This document shows positions 18,973 through 29,268 of a stretch of 64,000 nt of DNA, one piece after another. The notes beneath the pieces were generated by a model, which saw only the letters and a program-made list of their open reading frames with translations, had not been told where the DNA came from and ran no database searches. Each line of letters opens with the position of its first letter. The stretch's first letter is position 1. The stretch comes from an uncultured delta proteobacterium (GTDB lineage Bacteria; Desulfobacterota; BSN033; UBA1163): assembly GCA_963827685.1 (NCBI GenBank), contig CAWHBU010000002.1, positions 1,088,001 to 1,152,000 of the forward strand. Direction: 5' to 3'. A program made the position numbers and the translations under genes.

Positions 18973-19826
18973 AGTATCGGTTGATAGAAGAGCACAGAGA
19001 GACCTACAAGATAAGGAGTATGAGTGAAGTGTTGAAGGTATCCAGAAGTGGTTATTATGCGTGGAAGACGCGTCAACCGAGCACACGTCAGAAAGACGAT
19101 GAGGAGTTGCTGGGGCACATACGGGAGATCCACACTCAAAGCAGAAGGCTCTATGGGAGTCCGCGGATCGCAGCGGAGCTCAATAAGCAGGGTCTTAGAT
19201 GTGGGAAGAACCGGGTAGCCAGGATCATGAAAGAGCACTCCATATGGGCAGAAGTGAAGAAAAAGAGATTCAGGCGGACTACCGATTCACGGCATCATTA
19301 TGCCTTGGCTGCAAACTTACTGATTGACCAGAGGCAGACAGAGGGGGTATGGGCATCTGATATTACGTTTGTGCCCACTTCTGAGGGATGGCTCTATGTG
19401 GCAGCAGTGATGAATGTGAAAAGCAGAAAGATCATTGGGCTGTCCATGAGCGATAAGCTCTCTCAGGAGCTAGCTTCTGCTGCGCTCAGGGACGCGGTGG
19501 GCAGGCAAAGCCCCTCTGAAGGGTTGATCCACCATTCTGATCGAGGCAGGCAGTATGCAAGCTATGCCTATCAGGAGCTTTTAAGAGAATACGGCATGAC
19601 TCCTAGTATGAGCAGAAGTGGCAATTGTTATGATAATGCCTATGTGGAGTCTTTCTTTGGCACGCTCAAGACGGAGTTGGTCCATGGTGAGCGGTACCGT
19701 TCAAGGCTGGAGGCGAGGCTTAGTATTTTTGAGTACGTGGAAGTGTTTTATAATCGTCAGAGGAGTCATTCGGCATTAGGGTACAGGAGCCCAGAGCAGT
19801 ATGAAAAGCTCCTTAATGAAACTTAA
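18969..19826 (+). CDS. IS3 OrfB
   Basis: Identical protein to 3319-4176. Confidence 0.95.
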   Translation: MKYRLIEEHRETYKIRSMSEVLKVSRSGYYAWKTRQPSTRQKDDEELLGHIREIHTQSRRLYGSPRIAAELNKQGLRCGKNRVARIMKEHSIWAEVKKKRFRRTTDSRHHYALAANLLIDQRQTEGVWASDITFVPTSEGWLYVAAVMNVKSRKIIGLSMSDKLSQELASAALRDAVGRQSPSEGLIHHSDRGRQYASYAYQELLREYGMTPSMSRSGNCYDNAYVESFFGTLKTELVHGERYRSRLEARLSIFEYVEVFYNRQRSHSALGYRSPEQYEKLLNET

Positions 19827-20385
19827 TCATGTGTCCACTTTTTCAGGGGAAGGTCAACCAGTAATCCTCAGCCCAAGATGTTATCGTTAAGCGATGACTT
19901 GTAGGTACTCCTCAATTTGGGGTTTCTCCAAATATCTTCGTCTGTCCTATCCAATTAAGGTTCCCCTTTCAATTCTCATTGACAGTCTTATCACAAGAAT
20001 CAAGACACTGTCTGAAAAAAATTCCTATAACCTCGACAAAATGTCACCTCACATTAAGACCTACCCTTAAACATATTTAAGATTAAGCGTTGAGCTTCAA
20101 ATAGTTATGTAACTCCCGTAATTAGGCTTCTTGTGGGCATACTTATTGCTCTGCAATCCTGGTAATCGCAATTTAGGAAGGGAGCAATTGGTGGCAATGG
20201 AAGCAAAGGCGAGAAGGGCTGAAAATTCTTTTTTGGAAACTAATTATTATCGGGAAACGGTTAAGGTCGCTTCCTTTTCAATTTTCATTGTGACCTTTTT
20301 TCTTATAGTCTTGCTCTCTCGTCTTATTTCTTCTCTATTCTTTATTCTGGAATATGCTTCCCGGCTATTAAGAAAAGTAAGACTC

Positions 20386-20778
20386 ATGGAGAGAGAAGAA
20401 AAGGAGATTAACTCCCATTCTGAGACAGACCCCGACCATGAAAGAAGAAAATATCCCAGGTTTAATGTGTATTGGCCGATCCAGTATAATCAAATTGGCT
20501 CATCCATCAGCCATGATGGTCGAGTAACGAATCTTAGCGAAGGTGGGATGTTAATCCGGTCTCCTAAGCAGATGAAGATTGGTCAACATCTAAAGTCAAA
20601 ACTTTCTTTCATTTCAGGTTCTCAAATTAATACAATCGAAATGCAGGCTGAGGTGGTGTGGAGGGACATTTATCCGAAGGAAGCGTGGGGAGATTATCGG
20701 TGCGGAGCGAAATTTCTCGATATCTCTGCAAGGGATAAGACTGAGCTGAATAATCTCTTGATGAGCGTTCCACAATAA
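20386..20778 (+). CDS. PilZ-domain (c-di-GMP-binding) protein
   Basis: ERRKYPR (RxxxR) and NLSEGG (D/NxSxxG), AEVVW, GAKF; start taken at MEREE. Confidence 0.85.
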   Translation: MEREEKEINSHSETDPDHERRKYPRFNVYWPIQYNQIGSSISHDGRVTNLSEGGMLIRSPKQMKIGQHLKSKLSFISGSQINTIEMQAEVVWRDIYPKEAWGDYRCGAKFLDISARDKTELNNLLMSVPQ

Positions 20779-20870
20779 TCACCTTATTCTCCCTAATGCT
20801 TGTTTTACCGAACGGTATTTCCATACCTCGGTTTTAGTGCGCGATAAGGGGAACGGCGATGCGCGATACG

Positions 20871-21001
20871 GGGGACGTAGTTCAAAATTAATACTTATTC
20901 CTCTCTCCTTCCATATTCTGAATGGGTTTAGCAATTGCTGTAGTGCGTCCCCCGAATGGCCGGGCGATCTCAGCCCTCGAAATCCCGAACTCATGACTTA
21001 A
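20871..21001 (-). pseudogene. Relic C-terminal HTH of a REP-associated tyrosine transposase (RAYT-like)
   Basis: The minus frame reads LSHEFGISRAEIARPFGGRTTAIAKPIQNMEGERNKY*, followed by ACGTCCCC; resembles RAYT C-terminal DnaA-like HTH tails. Confidence 0.45.
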
Positions 21002-21462
21002 ATCCTAATAATATGAGGGGTCGTAGGTTCTAAAGCAATTTGTTGGTAATTGCTTTCGATGGATTATCGGAATTAGTAAAATATGGATAAAGTGCTTCAG
21101 AACCCACGGCCCCTTTTTCTACATCCAGGAGCCTTTTGACGGCATCCTCTAAACTTTCCAGTCCTCTGCCCTTACCCTTTCCTCTATACAAAAACTCCCA
21201 TTCATTACGCACTCTATCCTCACTTTATTGACTTCTTGCAGCAACTGCAATACTATTAAAATTGTTAGGTCCTTGGATGGAGTGTGTCGGCTGGTCCGTC
21301 TTGGATAGCAGGAGGTTAGTATCAAAAACAAAATCAAAAGGTGTGGAAAAAGTAGGAAAGGCGGCGCATCCTTTCAGAGGACAACAACTCAGGCGGACCC
21401 AGGCTCTAAAACATTTTAAGACATATTAAATACCATCATGTTAATTCTTCCAAAATAGAGAG

Positions 21463-23121
21463 ATGCAAATCTGGAATCGTATCTGCGTTTGGCTGGACAA
21501 TCGTGAAAACCTGCTGCTGCTTGCCCTCATTCTGGCCCACCTGATTCCCATTTGGGTATTCCAATACTTTCCATCCCAGGATGGACCCACCCACATTGAA
21601 AACGCCAGTATTATCTTCGATTACTTTCATCCAGATCGGGCCGTTTTCCGAGAATACTACCTATTCAATAAAAACCTCGAACCCACTTGGCTCGGGCATC
21701 TCGTCCTGGTGGGCCTGATGGTTATCGTGCCGGTCTTCATCGTCGAGAAGATCTTCTTGAGCGGCTATATCATTCTCTTGCCTTTGTCGATTCGTTATGC
21801 GCTGGGTGCAGTTCGACCCGGCTCGGGATTCCTCACGCTCCTGATGTTCCCATTTATCTATAATTACCCATTGCATATGGGTTTCTACTCTTTCTCTTAC
21901 AGCCTGCCAGTATTCTTTTTTTCAATGGGCTACTGGATGAGGTACCGCGAGCAGTTCACACTGCGAAAGACGGTAAAGCTGGCCTTTCTTTCGTTGTTGC
22001 TCTACTTTTCTCACATCGTATCATTGGTGATGGCCTATGCAGGTATGACACTACTGACGTTGTGGCTTATGTCGTTTGACCTGATTCAAGATAAGCGTAC
22101 GCGGCAATTTGACTTCCAGGTGCCCTGGAAAGCATTCAGGAGACGAGTCATTCCTCTGGTTTTAGCATTTTTGCCGACGATTATTTTGGTCGTGTTTTTT
22201 CTTTTCAAGCAGGGATTGGAATCTCCAGAGATAGGAATAAGAAGGTCTTTTTATTGGCTATTTAAAGATCTGACACAAATTGAATCGCTGGTATCGTTCC
22301 AGAGAGAGGAGTCTTTCTGTTCTATAGGACTGGGGATTCTTTTTGCGGCTGTCTTCATCTACCTTGCAGTGTCGAAAATAAGGCATAGACGGTCAGATCG
22401 TTGGGACGGTCTTCTCACGGTAGTTCTTGGGTATGTCTTGATTTACCTTTTTGTTCCTAATGCAATGTCTGAAGGTTCTTTCATTACTGACAGGCTCAAC
22501 CTCTATCCTTTTTTTGCATTAGTTCTCTGGTTCGGGGTCCAGCCTTATCCTGGAAGCGTGAAGCGGGGAATCGTGCTCGTTGCGATGGTCATCACGGTGG
22601 CCTCATTAGGGTTGCACGCATTGAAATACTCGGAGCTCAATGATTATTTGGCAGAATACCTTTCGGGAATGCACCTTATCAAGCCCAACACAACTCTTTT
22701 GCCCCTGGCTTTCGACTCCCGGGGGCACGCGCCCGACGGAAGGGTTCTCTCACTGAAGGTCCGGCCTTTCCTCCATGCCTCGGGTCATATAGCAGCCCAA
22801 AGGCATGTCGTAGAATTCACCAATTACGAAGCCGGGACGTACAACTATTTTCCGACAATCTTCCGGTCAAATCTTAATCCGTATCTACATATTGGAATTA
22901 AGGACAGATCCATCGTATGGGAACCTCCTCAAGTAGATTTCCTCACCTACGCAGAACGTACCGGGGGACAAGTCGACTACGTACTTATTTGGGGTATTCA
23001 AGAACGTCAGCGAAATCATGAAGCGACAAAGTCGATATATCAACAACTCAAGAAGGGTTATGACTTAATTTATACCTCTCCAAGAACAGGATTGATGCAG
23101 TTATATAGACAAAAAAATTGA
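21463..23121 (+). CDS. Polytopic membrane protein, possibly GT-C-type glycosyltransferase
   Basis: About 12 hydrophobic segments, acidic first loop (SQDGPTH) and a soluble C-terminal domain. Confidence 0.65.
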   Translation: MQIWNRICVWLDNRENLLLLALILAHLIPIWVFQYFPSQDGPTHIENASIIFDYFHPDRAVFREYYLFNKNLEPTWLGHLVLVGLMVIVPVFIVEKIFLSGYIILLPLSIRYALGAVRPGSGFLTLLMFPFIYNYPLHMGFYSFSYSLPVFFFSMGYWMRYREQFTLRKTVKLAFLSLLLYFSHIVSLVMAYAGMTLLTLWLMSFDLIQDKRTRQFDFQVPWKAFRRRVIPLVLAFLPTIILVVFFLFKQGLESPEIGIRRSFYWLFKDLTQIESLVSFQREESFCSIGLGILFAAVFIYLAVSKIRHRRSDRWDGLLTVVLGYVLIYLFVPNAMSEGSFITDRLNLYPFFALVLWFGVQPYPGSVKRGIVLVAMVITVASLGLHALKYSELNDYLAEYLSGMHLIKPNTTLLPLAFDSRGHAPDGRVLSLKVRPFLHASGHIAAQRHVVEFTNYEAGTYNYFPTIFRSNLNPYLHIGIKDRSIVWEPPQVDFLTYAERTGGQVDYVLIWGIQERQRNHEATKSIYQQLKKGYDLIYTSPRTGLMQLYRQKN

Positions 23122-23147
23122 CGGGATATAGGGGACGGCTTCTCTTA

Positions 23148-23302
23148 TGAAGGCCCCCGACCACAAGCCGGGGCTTCCCGGGCACGTAGTGGCGAGCGGA
23201 AAGCGAGCAAAGGAAATATCGTTTTAATTGTGCCCCTTGAGCCCGCCTACCTGCCTACCGCAGGCAGGCAAGGCGGGGCTTGCGGGGCACTTGCCTGTCA
23301 AA
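23148..23302 (+). repeat. Hairpin MITE-like element (IS200/605-like ends), copy 1
   Basis: Homologous to 32837-32946 and 36508-36556; GGCGGGGCTTGCGGGGCAC...GTCAA end. Confidence 0.75.
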
Positions 23303-23306
23303 GCAA

Positions 23307-23362
23307 TCATTGCGAGGTGTCCCACTTTACCGGGACGGTGCAGAGGCTTCGTTCGCAATGAC
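23307..23362. repeat. TCATTGCGA...TCGCAATGA palindromic element
   Basis: Same terminal arms as 45707-45790. Confidence 0.65.
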
Positions 23363-23476
23363 GCCTTGCCATGGCAACTGATATATAACATTTGCCATAA
23401 TTCTGGTACCATTTGCATATTTTCAACGGGATGGTTAAGATTTTCAGATATCTCCCTTGGCACATGGAGGCGAAGT

Positions 23477-24118
23477 ATGGTCAAGAAAAAAGGTCTGCTT
23501 ATTATTCTCATTTTCGGTCTCCTGATGGGATGCAACGGAGCTCCTGTCCGTGAGGAGGTCAAAGTTGATCGCAGTCTTCCCGTAGGTAAGATTGAAAGGA
23601 ATCAATTTGTTGGGATTCGGTATCCATTTAAGATCTCGGGTCTTCCCCATTGGAAAGTAACGACTGAGATTCCAGATTTTATGGAGGGATTGGGTTACTC
23701 AAGACAAGGATTGGAATCGTCGCAGCTCTTCATTTTCAATCCCTCAACCCACTCGAACCTTCAGATTGATTTCCAACCAGCCGGCAGACGTGCAAAGTTT
23801 AGCCAGGCTATGATCGAAGCGCTGACAGGCATGGTGACAGAAGGGGTGAAATCCGAATTGGAGGAAGATTACGGAAAGGATCTTCGGGTGGAGTCCGATC
23901 CCACAGAACCGATCTCACTCAAGGGGGTCCAGTATGCAGCCAAGAAATACGTGACTTTCACCCTAAACGGGGTGAAGCGAGAGCAAGGATGGATTTATGC
24001 TTTTACAGAGCCGTACCAGATCTTTATCCTTTACGTGATATTGGAGAAAGAGACGACAAACGATCGCGCGGATATGAAGAAGATCTTAGATTCCTTCGAG
24101 GTCATACCGAAAAAATAG
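23477..24118 (+). CDS. Hypothetical lipoprotein
   Basis: RBS GGAGG; MVKKKGLLIILIFGLLMG-C lipoprotein signal. Confidence 0.8.
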   Translation: MVKKKGLLIILIFGLLMGCNGAPVREEVKVDRSLPVGKIERNQFVGIRYPFKISGLPHWKVTTEIPDFMEGLGYSRQGLESSQLFIFNPSTHSNLQIDFQPAGRRAKFSQAMIEALTGMVTEGVKSELEEDYGKDLRVESDPTEPISLKGVQYAAKKYVTFTLNGVKREQGWIYAFTEPYQIFILYVILEKETTNDRADMKKILDSFEVIPKK

Positions 24119-24287
24119 AAAAGAAGGAGATCATGTTCTCATCCACACAAGGATGAAACATGTGTGTAGGGTGGGTTCAGATAACGCACCGTTTAAAGGC
24201 GTCGCCCTTCACCATACGTCCGCGGCCCAAGACGTTGGCTTTCTGCCGCTTTTTCCCCCCTCAAATTGATGAAGATTGAGGTGGGAT

Positions 24288-25478
24288 TCACGTCCAAATA
24301 CCGGGGATAGGCTTTCCACAGTACTTGCACTTTCCAGCCTTCAAGTTGATTTCTCCAACCATATATCCTGTCCGCTGGATGACCATTTTTTTGCACTTTG
24401 GGCAAAAGGTGTTTTCGCCCTCGTGACCCGGTACATTCCCAACATAGACATATTCAAGACCCACAGATAAGGCTACTGCCCGGGCTTTATCCAATGTCGA
24501 AACTGGGGTTGGGGGAAGGGTCTTGAGCTTGTACAAAGGATAGAACCGCGAGAAATGGACAGGAGTATCCGCTCCCAATTCCTTTTTTATCCAGAGGCAC
24601 ATCTCTTTTATCACTGACATCTCATCATTCTTTGTAGGAATAACGAGGTTTGTGATCTCCAGGTGGACTTTTTTCCGCCTCAGCGTCTTCAATGTCTCAA
24701 GCACCGGAGAAAGTTCCCCACTACACAATTCGTGATAAAAATTCTCCGTAAATCCCTTCAAATCGATATTCGCTGCATCTAACACGTTGCACAGATTTTT
24801 GAGAGGGTCTGGATTGATAAAACCATTCGAGTGGTAGACATTCAGAAGTCCTGACTTCTTAGCGAGCGTACCAATGTCTATCATGTATTCATAAAAGATG
24901 GTCGGCTCCACATAGGTGTAAGCAACCGAACGGGCTCCTATCTCTTTCGCCCTCTTCACCGTCAACTCTGGTGGGACCTCGTAACTATCGACACCTTCCG
25001 GAGCGGCCTGGGAGATCTCCCAATTCTGGCAGAACTTGCACTGGAAATTGCATCCTGCTGTGGCGAGGGAGAAGGAAGTTGTGCCAGGAAGGAGATGAAA
25101 AAAAGGTTTCTTCTCAATCGGGTCTAAATGGACCGCACAGGGATTTCCATAGACCAGGCTGTAATATTTTCCATCCCGGTTTTCGCGCACCCTGCAAATG
25201 CCTCTCTTTCCCTTAGCCACGCGACAGCGATGAGGGCACAGTTCACACCGGATTTCTCCTCCATCGAGCGAAGTGAAATAGGGGGACAGCTTTGTCTTGA
25301 TGAGCCCCTTCTTAGCCATTTGTGCACGGGAGGTATCCGGAAGGCCGAGGAGATATCCAGCGGACAGTAGACAGAAACTTGTTCCACAGAGTCGAAGAAA
25401 ATCACGTTTTGAAAGTTGGAGATCGGGCCCAGGTTGGTCCCACCTCGATCTTCTATTGCTGATAATCGGTTCACTCAT
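24288..25478 (-). CDS. amrS: AmmeMemoRadiSam system radical SAM enzyme, copy 2, with Tat-like leader
   Basis: Close paralogue of 5719-6927; GCNFQCKFCQNWEISQ; leader SKRDFLRLCG...SRA-Q. Confidence 0.93.
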   Translation of the reverse strand: MSEPIISNRRSRWDQPGPDLQLSKRDFLRLCGTSFCLLSAGYLLGLPDTSRAQMAKKGLIKTKLSPYFTSLDGGEIRCELCPHRCRVAKGKRGICRVRENRDGKYYSLVYGNPCAVHLDPIEKKPFFHLLPGTTSFSLATAGCNFQCKFCQNWEISQAAPEGVDSYEVPPELTVKRAKEIGARSVAYTYVEPTIFYEYMIDIGTLAKKSGLLNVYHSNGFINPDPLKNLCNVLDAANIDLKGFTENFYHELCSGELSPVLETLKTLRRKKVHLEITNLVIPTKNDEMSVIKEMCLWIKKELGADTPVHFSRFYPLYKLKTLPPTPVSTLDKARAVALSVGLEYVYVGNVPGHEGENTFCPKCKKMVIQRTGYMVGEINLKAGKCKYCGKPIPGIWT

Positions 25479-25588
25479 GGTTTAGTCCCCTTCACGGATC
25501 ACGGGTGCACATACAGTTTAAATTACTTAGAATGGATTTGCCAGTCAATATTTTTTTCAATGGGCATTGTTCCTCAAAGGAGGACAGT

Positions 25589-25962
25589 TTAACTCTTCGG
25601 ACGAATGGTTTGCTCCTCCTCGTATCCTTGTTGAGATTCGATGATGACCTTCATGGCCGATTCACGGTTCTCCCAGCCTTCCACATCGGTTTTTTTCCGC
25701 TCCAATTCTTTATAAATTGAGAAGAAGTGTTCTATCTCCTTCAGTAAATGGGGTGGAACATCGGAAAGCTCTCCATGGTATTCCAGAATGGATCAGAAAC
25801 AGGAACCCAGAGAATCTTTTCATCCGGTCCCTTTTCGTCCTACACCGCAAACAACCCTACAGGGGTGGCTTCAACGATACAGCCGGGAAAGGTAGGCTCC
25901 CACACCAATACAAGGGCATCAAGGACTTCTCCATCCTTCGCTAAGGTTTTTCAAAATAAAAA
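25589..25962 (-). pseudogene. ppa: Inorganic pyrophosphatase (family I) pseudogene
   Basis: Minus strand reads [45 protein letters not shown]...DVPPHLLKEIEHFFSIYKELE...VEGW. Internal TAG at 25840-25842, frameshift near 25770, 5' end missing. Confidence 0.88.
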
Positions 25963-26198
25963 AGTTGGTCCTGTCAAACGTAATAAAGCGCATAGCAAAT
26001 AGATATTGCCCATGGCGCATAGACCAAAGAGCATAGCGACCATTGCCCACAAAGCGGAGGTCTTACTTAATAATTGGTTCTTTCCAAATGATGATGATTG
26101 GGCAAATCGGTGAATAGGTGACTTCGTTATCAGACAAATCTTCTTTCTAATTGGTAAAACTCCATTGTGTTGAATCAGGTTTCATGTTATAAAAGAAC

Positions 26199-26969
26199 AT
26201 GTTTTTGCCAATACTTCTTAGCTTCCTATTATTATTTTCGGTTCTCCCCGCTGGCTATTCCTATGGATTTGAAGCAAGGGGGCAAGAGTGCTCTAAGTGT
26301 CACACGCTTCAAAAAGAGGAAGCGAAGGATCTTCTCAAAAATACCATCCCCAATGTTGTCATTCTTGATATCCAATTAAGTCCTGCAAAGGGTTTCTGGG
26401 AGGTTTACGTAGAATCCATGGGCCGGAAGGGGTTGATCTATGTTGATTTCCGTAAGAAACATTTCTTCTCCGGGGCATTGATATCCATTGCTGAAAAGAA
26501 AAACCTTACTCAAGAGCGGCTCACGGACCTTAATAAGATCGATGTATCGCAAATACCCCTTGAGAATGCTCTGGTGATGGGCGATCAAAAGGCCAGAATT
26601 CGGGTCGTTCTCTTTACTGACCCTGACTGTCCCTACTGTGCCAAACTTCATCAGGAGATGAAGAAGATCATCGAAGAGAGGAAAGAGATCGCCTTTTATA
26701 TTAAGCTGTTTCCCCTGGTGAAGATCCATCCCGGAGCCTATGAAAAAGCAAAGGCGATCGTGTGTGAGAAATCGTTACCCTTTCTTGAGGATGCGTTTGG
26801 AGGGAAACCGTTGCCAAAACCAAAGTGCGAGACAACCGTCGTTGATGAAAATATAAGACTGGCTGAAAAACTGGGTATTTCAAGCTTGCCTGCCTTGGTC
26901 TTTCCTGACGGAAGGGTTATCTCGGGATACAAAGATGCTAAAACCCTACTCACCTTGATTGACAAATAA
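26199..26969 (+). CDS. dsbC: DsbC-family thiol:disulfide isomerase with N-terminal CxxCH
   Basis: Signal peptide, CSKCH, FTDPDCPYC, ISSLPALVFPDG. Confidence 0.88.
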   Translation: MFLPILLSFLLLFSVLPAGYSYGFEARGQECSKCHTLQKEEAKDLLKNTIPNVVILDIQLSPAKGFWEVYVESMGRKGLIYVDFRKKHFFSGALISIAEKKNLTQERLTDLNKIDVSQIPLENALVMGDQKARIRVVLFTDPDCPYCAKLHQEMKKIIEERKEIAFYIKLFPLVKIHPGAYEKAKAIVCEKSLPFLEDAFGGKPLPKPKCETTVVDENIRLAEKLGISSLPALVFPDGRVISGYKDAKTLLTLIDK

Positions 26970-27186
26970 GGCTGATTTGGATTTCAATCCTCTTTTTCCC
27001 ACCCCGATTTGAGATTGTCCATTACTTAAGAAATAACGTGACCGTGTCCGTGTTGCGTGTCCGTGAGAAATCAATTTTCACGGTTCGTGCCTGCACGCCG
27101 AGTGTCAAGCGTGGGTGATGAACCCGTCATGAAAAATTTCTCAGAAGGGAGAAGATAGGGAGAAAGCGTTTGTATCCCCTGGCTCT

Positions 27187-27822
27187 TCAGGGTATCAGGA
27201 TTCCGATCAGCGTCCCGATAACCCACCCAAAGAGTCCGATGAGTGGGTCCAAGATACCCAGAAAAAGGAAACCGATGATGATAAAGAACCCGTAAGGTTC
27301 TAGGCGGGTGAGGAAATGCGGGGTTTTTTCCCATAGGATTCCCATCAGTATCTTTGAGCCGTCCAGGGGGGGAATGGGAATCAAATTGAGAGCAGCCAGC
27401 GTGATGTTGATGCGGCTTACAATGTAACACACTTTGTAGACGAGGATGATGGCAATCCCCGAAGAAGATGCGGAAAAAAGTCGAATAAGCAACTGAGCGA
27501 CGAAGGCCAAGAGGATATTAGCGAGGATTCCGGCTGAGGAGACTAAGATGACACCCTTCCGCTGGTCCCTGAGATTGAGGAAGTTGACCGGAACCGGTTT
27601 GGCCCATCCAAAGCCCGCCACAAAGAGCGCGAGTGTTCCGATGGGATCGAGGTGGCTAAGCGGGTTGAATGTCAGCCGACCCGACCATTTGGCGGTCGAG
27701 TCGCCCATCCTGTAAGCCACCCAGCCGTGGGCCACCTCATGGATGATAATGGAAAAAAGGAGGGGAATGGCAACAAGAGCAAAAGTCAATGGATCTTGGG
27801 TCAGCAGCTTCAGAAGTCCCAT
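27187..27822 (-). CDS. Site-2 protease (peptidase M50)
   Basis: HEVAH, HLDPIG, GWAKPVP, NLIPIPPLDG motifs. Confidence 0.93.
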   Translation of the reverse strand: MGLLKLLTQDPLTFALVAIPLLFSIIIHEVAHGWVAYRMGDSTAKWSGRLTFNPLSHLDPIGTLALFVAGFGWAKPVPVNFLNLRDQRKGVILVSSAGILANILLAFVAQLLIRLFSASSSGIAIILVYKVCYIVSRINITLAALNLIPIPPLDGSKILMGILWEKTPHFLTRLEPYGFFIIIGFLFLGILDPLIGLFGWVIGTLIGILIP

Positions 27823-28031
27823 TTAACTTACCCCACTGTTTGACGTTTCAGTTTTCTGCCTCTCTATCAAACATTCTTCCTGGCCCTCCAACCCTTAGAG
27901 CAGCAGAGAGCTTTCTACAATAATACTTAAAATTTTACAACATACTGTGGCATAAATAAAGATGACCTCCTGTGCCATATGGCAACTTAGGTTAATGGTA
28001 GACAGCAGGTGGGAAATAGGAACAGGGTGGT

Positions 28032-28979
28032 TTAAGGGGCGTCCCTTCGCAGGGCTGCGGTGGAAGGGTTGAGCAAGACGTTCACGGCCCCTGGCATCAC
28101 AACAAAATGAAGTTCCTGTCCCAACTCCTCCTCGCCGTCAAAGTCAAGTTTTAAAGGTCCCTCCTCCGAACGCACCAGCACCGAGGCCGCGCGCGTGTGT
28201 TTGACATCCTCTCGTTCAAGGTGTGTCCCCCGATAAACGGCTTTAAAGGCGAGGAGAATACGAAGGCGGGACATCCCCTCGACCGTAATCACGTCGAACA
28301 TCCCGTCATTGATCAGAGCCTTGGGAGCGATCCACATCCCTCTTCCGAAATATTGCCCGTTGGCCACCACGACGAGATAGCAGGTTCCAGAATAAAATGG
28401 TTTACCGTCACAAAGAACGCTGACCCGTTGCGGTCTGTACTTCATGAGCGTGGCAATCGTGGCCTTGAGAAAGGTCAGAGAAGAGCGGCGGCGTGCCCGG
28501 TTCACCCGGTGATCCACCTCACCGCTGACGCCGGCGCTGGCGATGTTGAGAAACAGGCGCGCTGAAAGCTTGCCACCCGTTTGCATATCGAGATATTCAA
28601 CCCTTCCGAGGTCGCAGGGAACCGGATGGGCATGAGCCAGCCAGTCGACCGCCTCATGCGGGTTTTCGGGCATACCCAATGACCGCGACCAGTCGTGGCC
28701 GGTTCCTAAAGGGATACTGCCGAAGGCGACCTTCAGGTCAGGCCGCTCCGCCAAAGCATTAAGCACGAAGTGATTAGTTCCATCGCCGCCCAGGGTGATC
28801 AGGCGGCGGATGTCAGCCTTAGCAGCTGCATCGAGATGTCCGGCCAAGTCCTGCGGCCTGTGGGTGACCGCAATCAAGAGCTCCCCAAAGGCATCGAACA
28901 GCCTCCCTTCGATCTTCCTAAATACCCTTTGAGCGCTGCCGTTAGCCGAATGCGGGTTGATGACAATCAGTGTCCTCAT
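28032..28979 (-). CDS. Diacylglycerol/lipid kinase (YegS/DagK family)
   Basis: INPHS, GGDGT, IPLGTGHD, NGQYFGRG, DGE motifs; visibly GC-richer than its flanks. Confidence 0.92.
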   Translation of the reverse strand: MRTLIVINPHSANGSAQRVFRKIEGRLFDAFGELLIAVTHRPQDLAGHLDAAAKADIRRLITLGGDGTNHFVLNALAERPDLKVAFGSIPLGTGHDWSRSLGMPENPHEAVDWLAHAHPVPCDLGRVEYLDMQTGGKLSARLFLNIASAGVSGEVDHRVNRARRRSSLTFLKATIATLMKYRPQRVSVLCDGKPFYSGTCYLVVVANGQYFGRGMWIAPKALINDGMFDVITVEGMSRLRILLAFKAVYRGTHLEREDVKHTRAASVLVRSEEGPLKLDFDGEEELGQELHFVVMPGAVNVLLNPSTAALRRDAP

Positions 28980-29268
28980 TTTTCCTCCCGACCCTTTCAA
29001 TCACTTCTCAGATCATTCTTCCAGACCAAAGCTATTCCTTGGGCACATTAGCAGATTCGCCTAAACTTTTCAACTTCTGCGGATGAGATTCAAGGCCCCC
29101 TCTTCGCAGGCCATCGGTTTCCGATGATATGAGTGATTTAGTGATGGAGTGATCCTGTTTATTTTCTGCAAACTTGTCGTTTTTCTTGGTTTCTGCCAAA
29201 TCAAAAGAACTTTTTTTATTTGTATTTCTTTTTAAATCGCATATAATAATGGCGTAACTTCCAAGGAC

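Larger units (their letters stand above)
18615..19856 (+). mobile_element. IS3-family insertion sequence, copy 2 (1242 bp)
   Basis: Same IRs and identical proteins to copy 1; target duplication ACC (18612-18614 and 19857-19859). Confidence 0.97.

Noticed and set aside
3289-19856. Composite transposon formed by the two IS3 copies
   Set aside because: Each copy has its own target duplication, so they inserted independently.
25840-25842. In-frame TAG in ppa as pyrrolysine readthrough
   Set aside because: The gene also has a frameshift and lacks its 5' end; this is ordinary decay.
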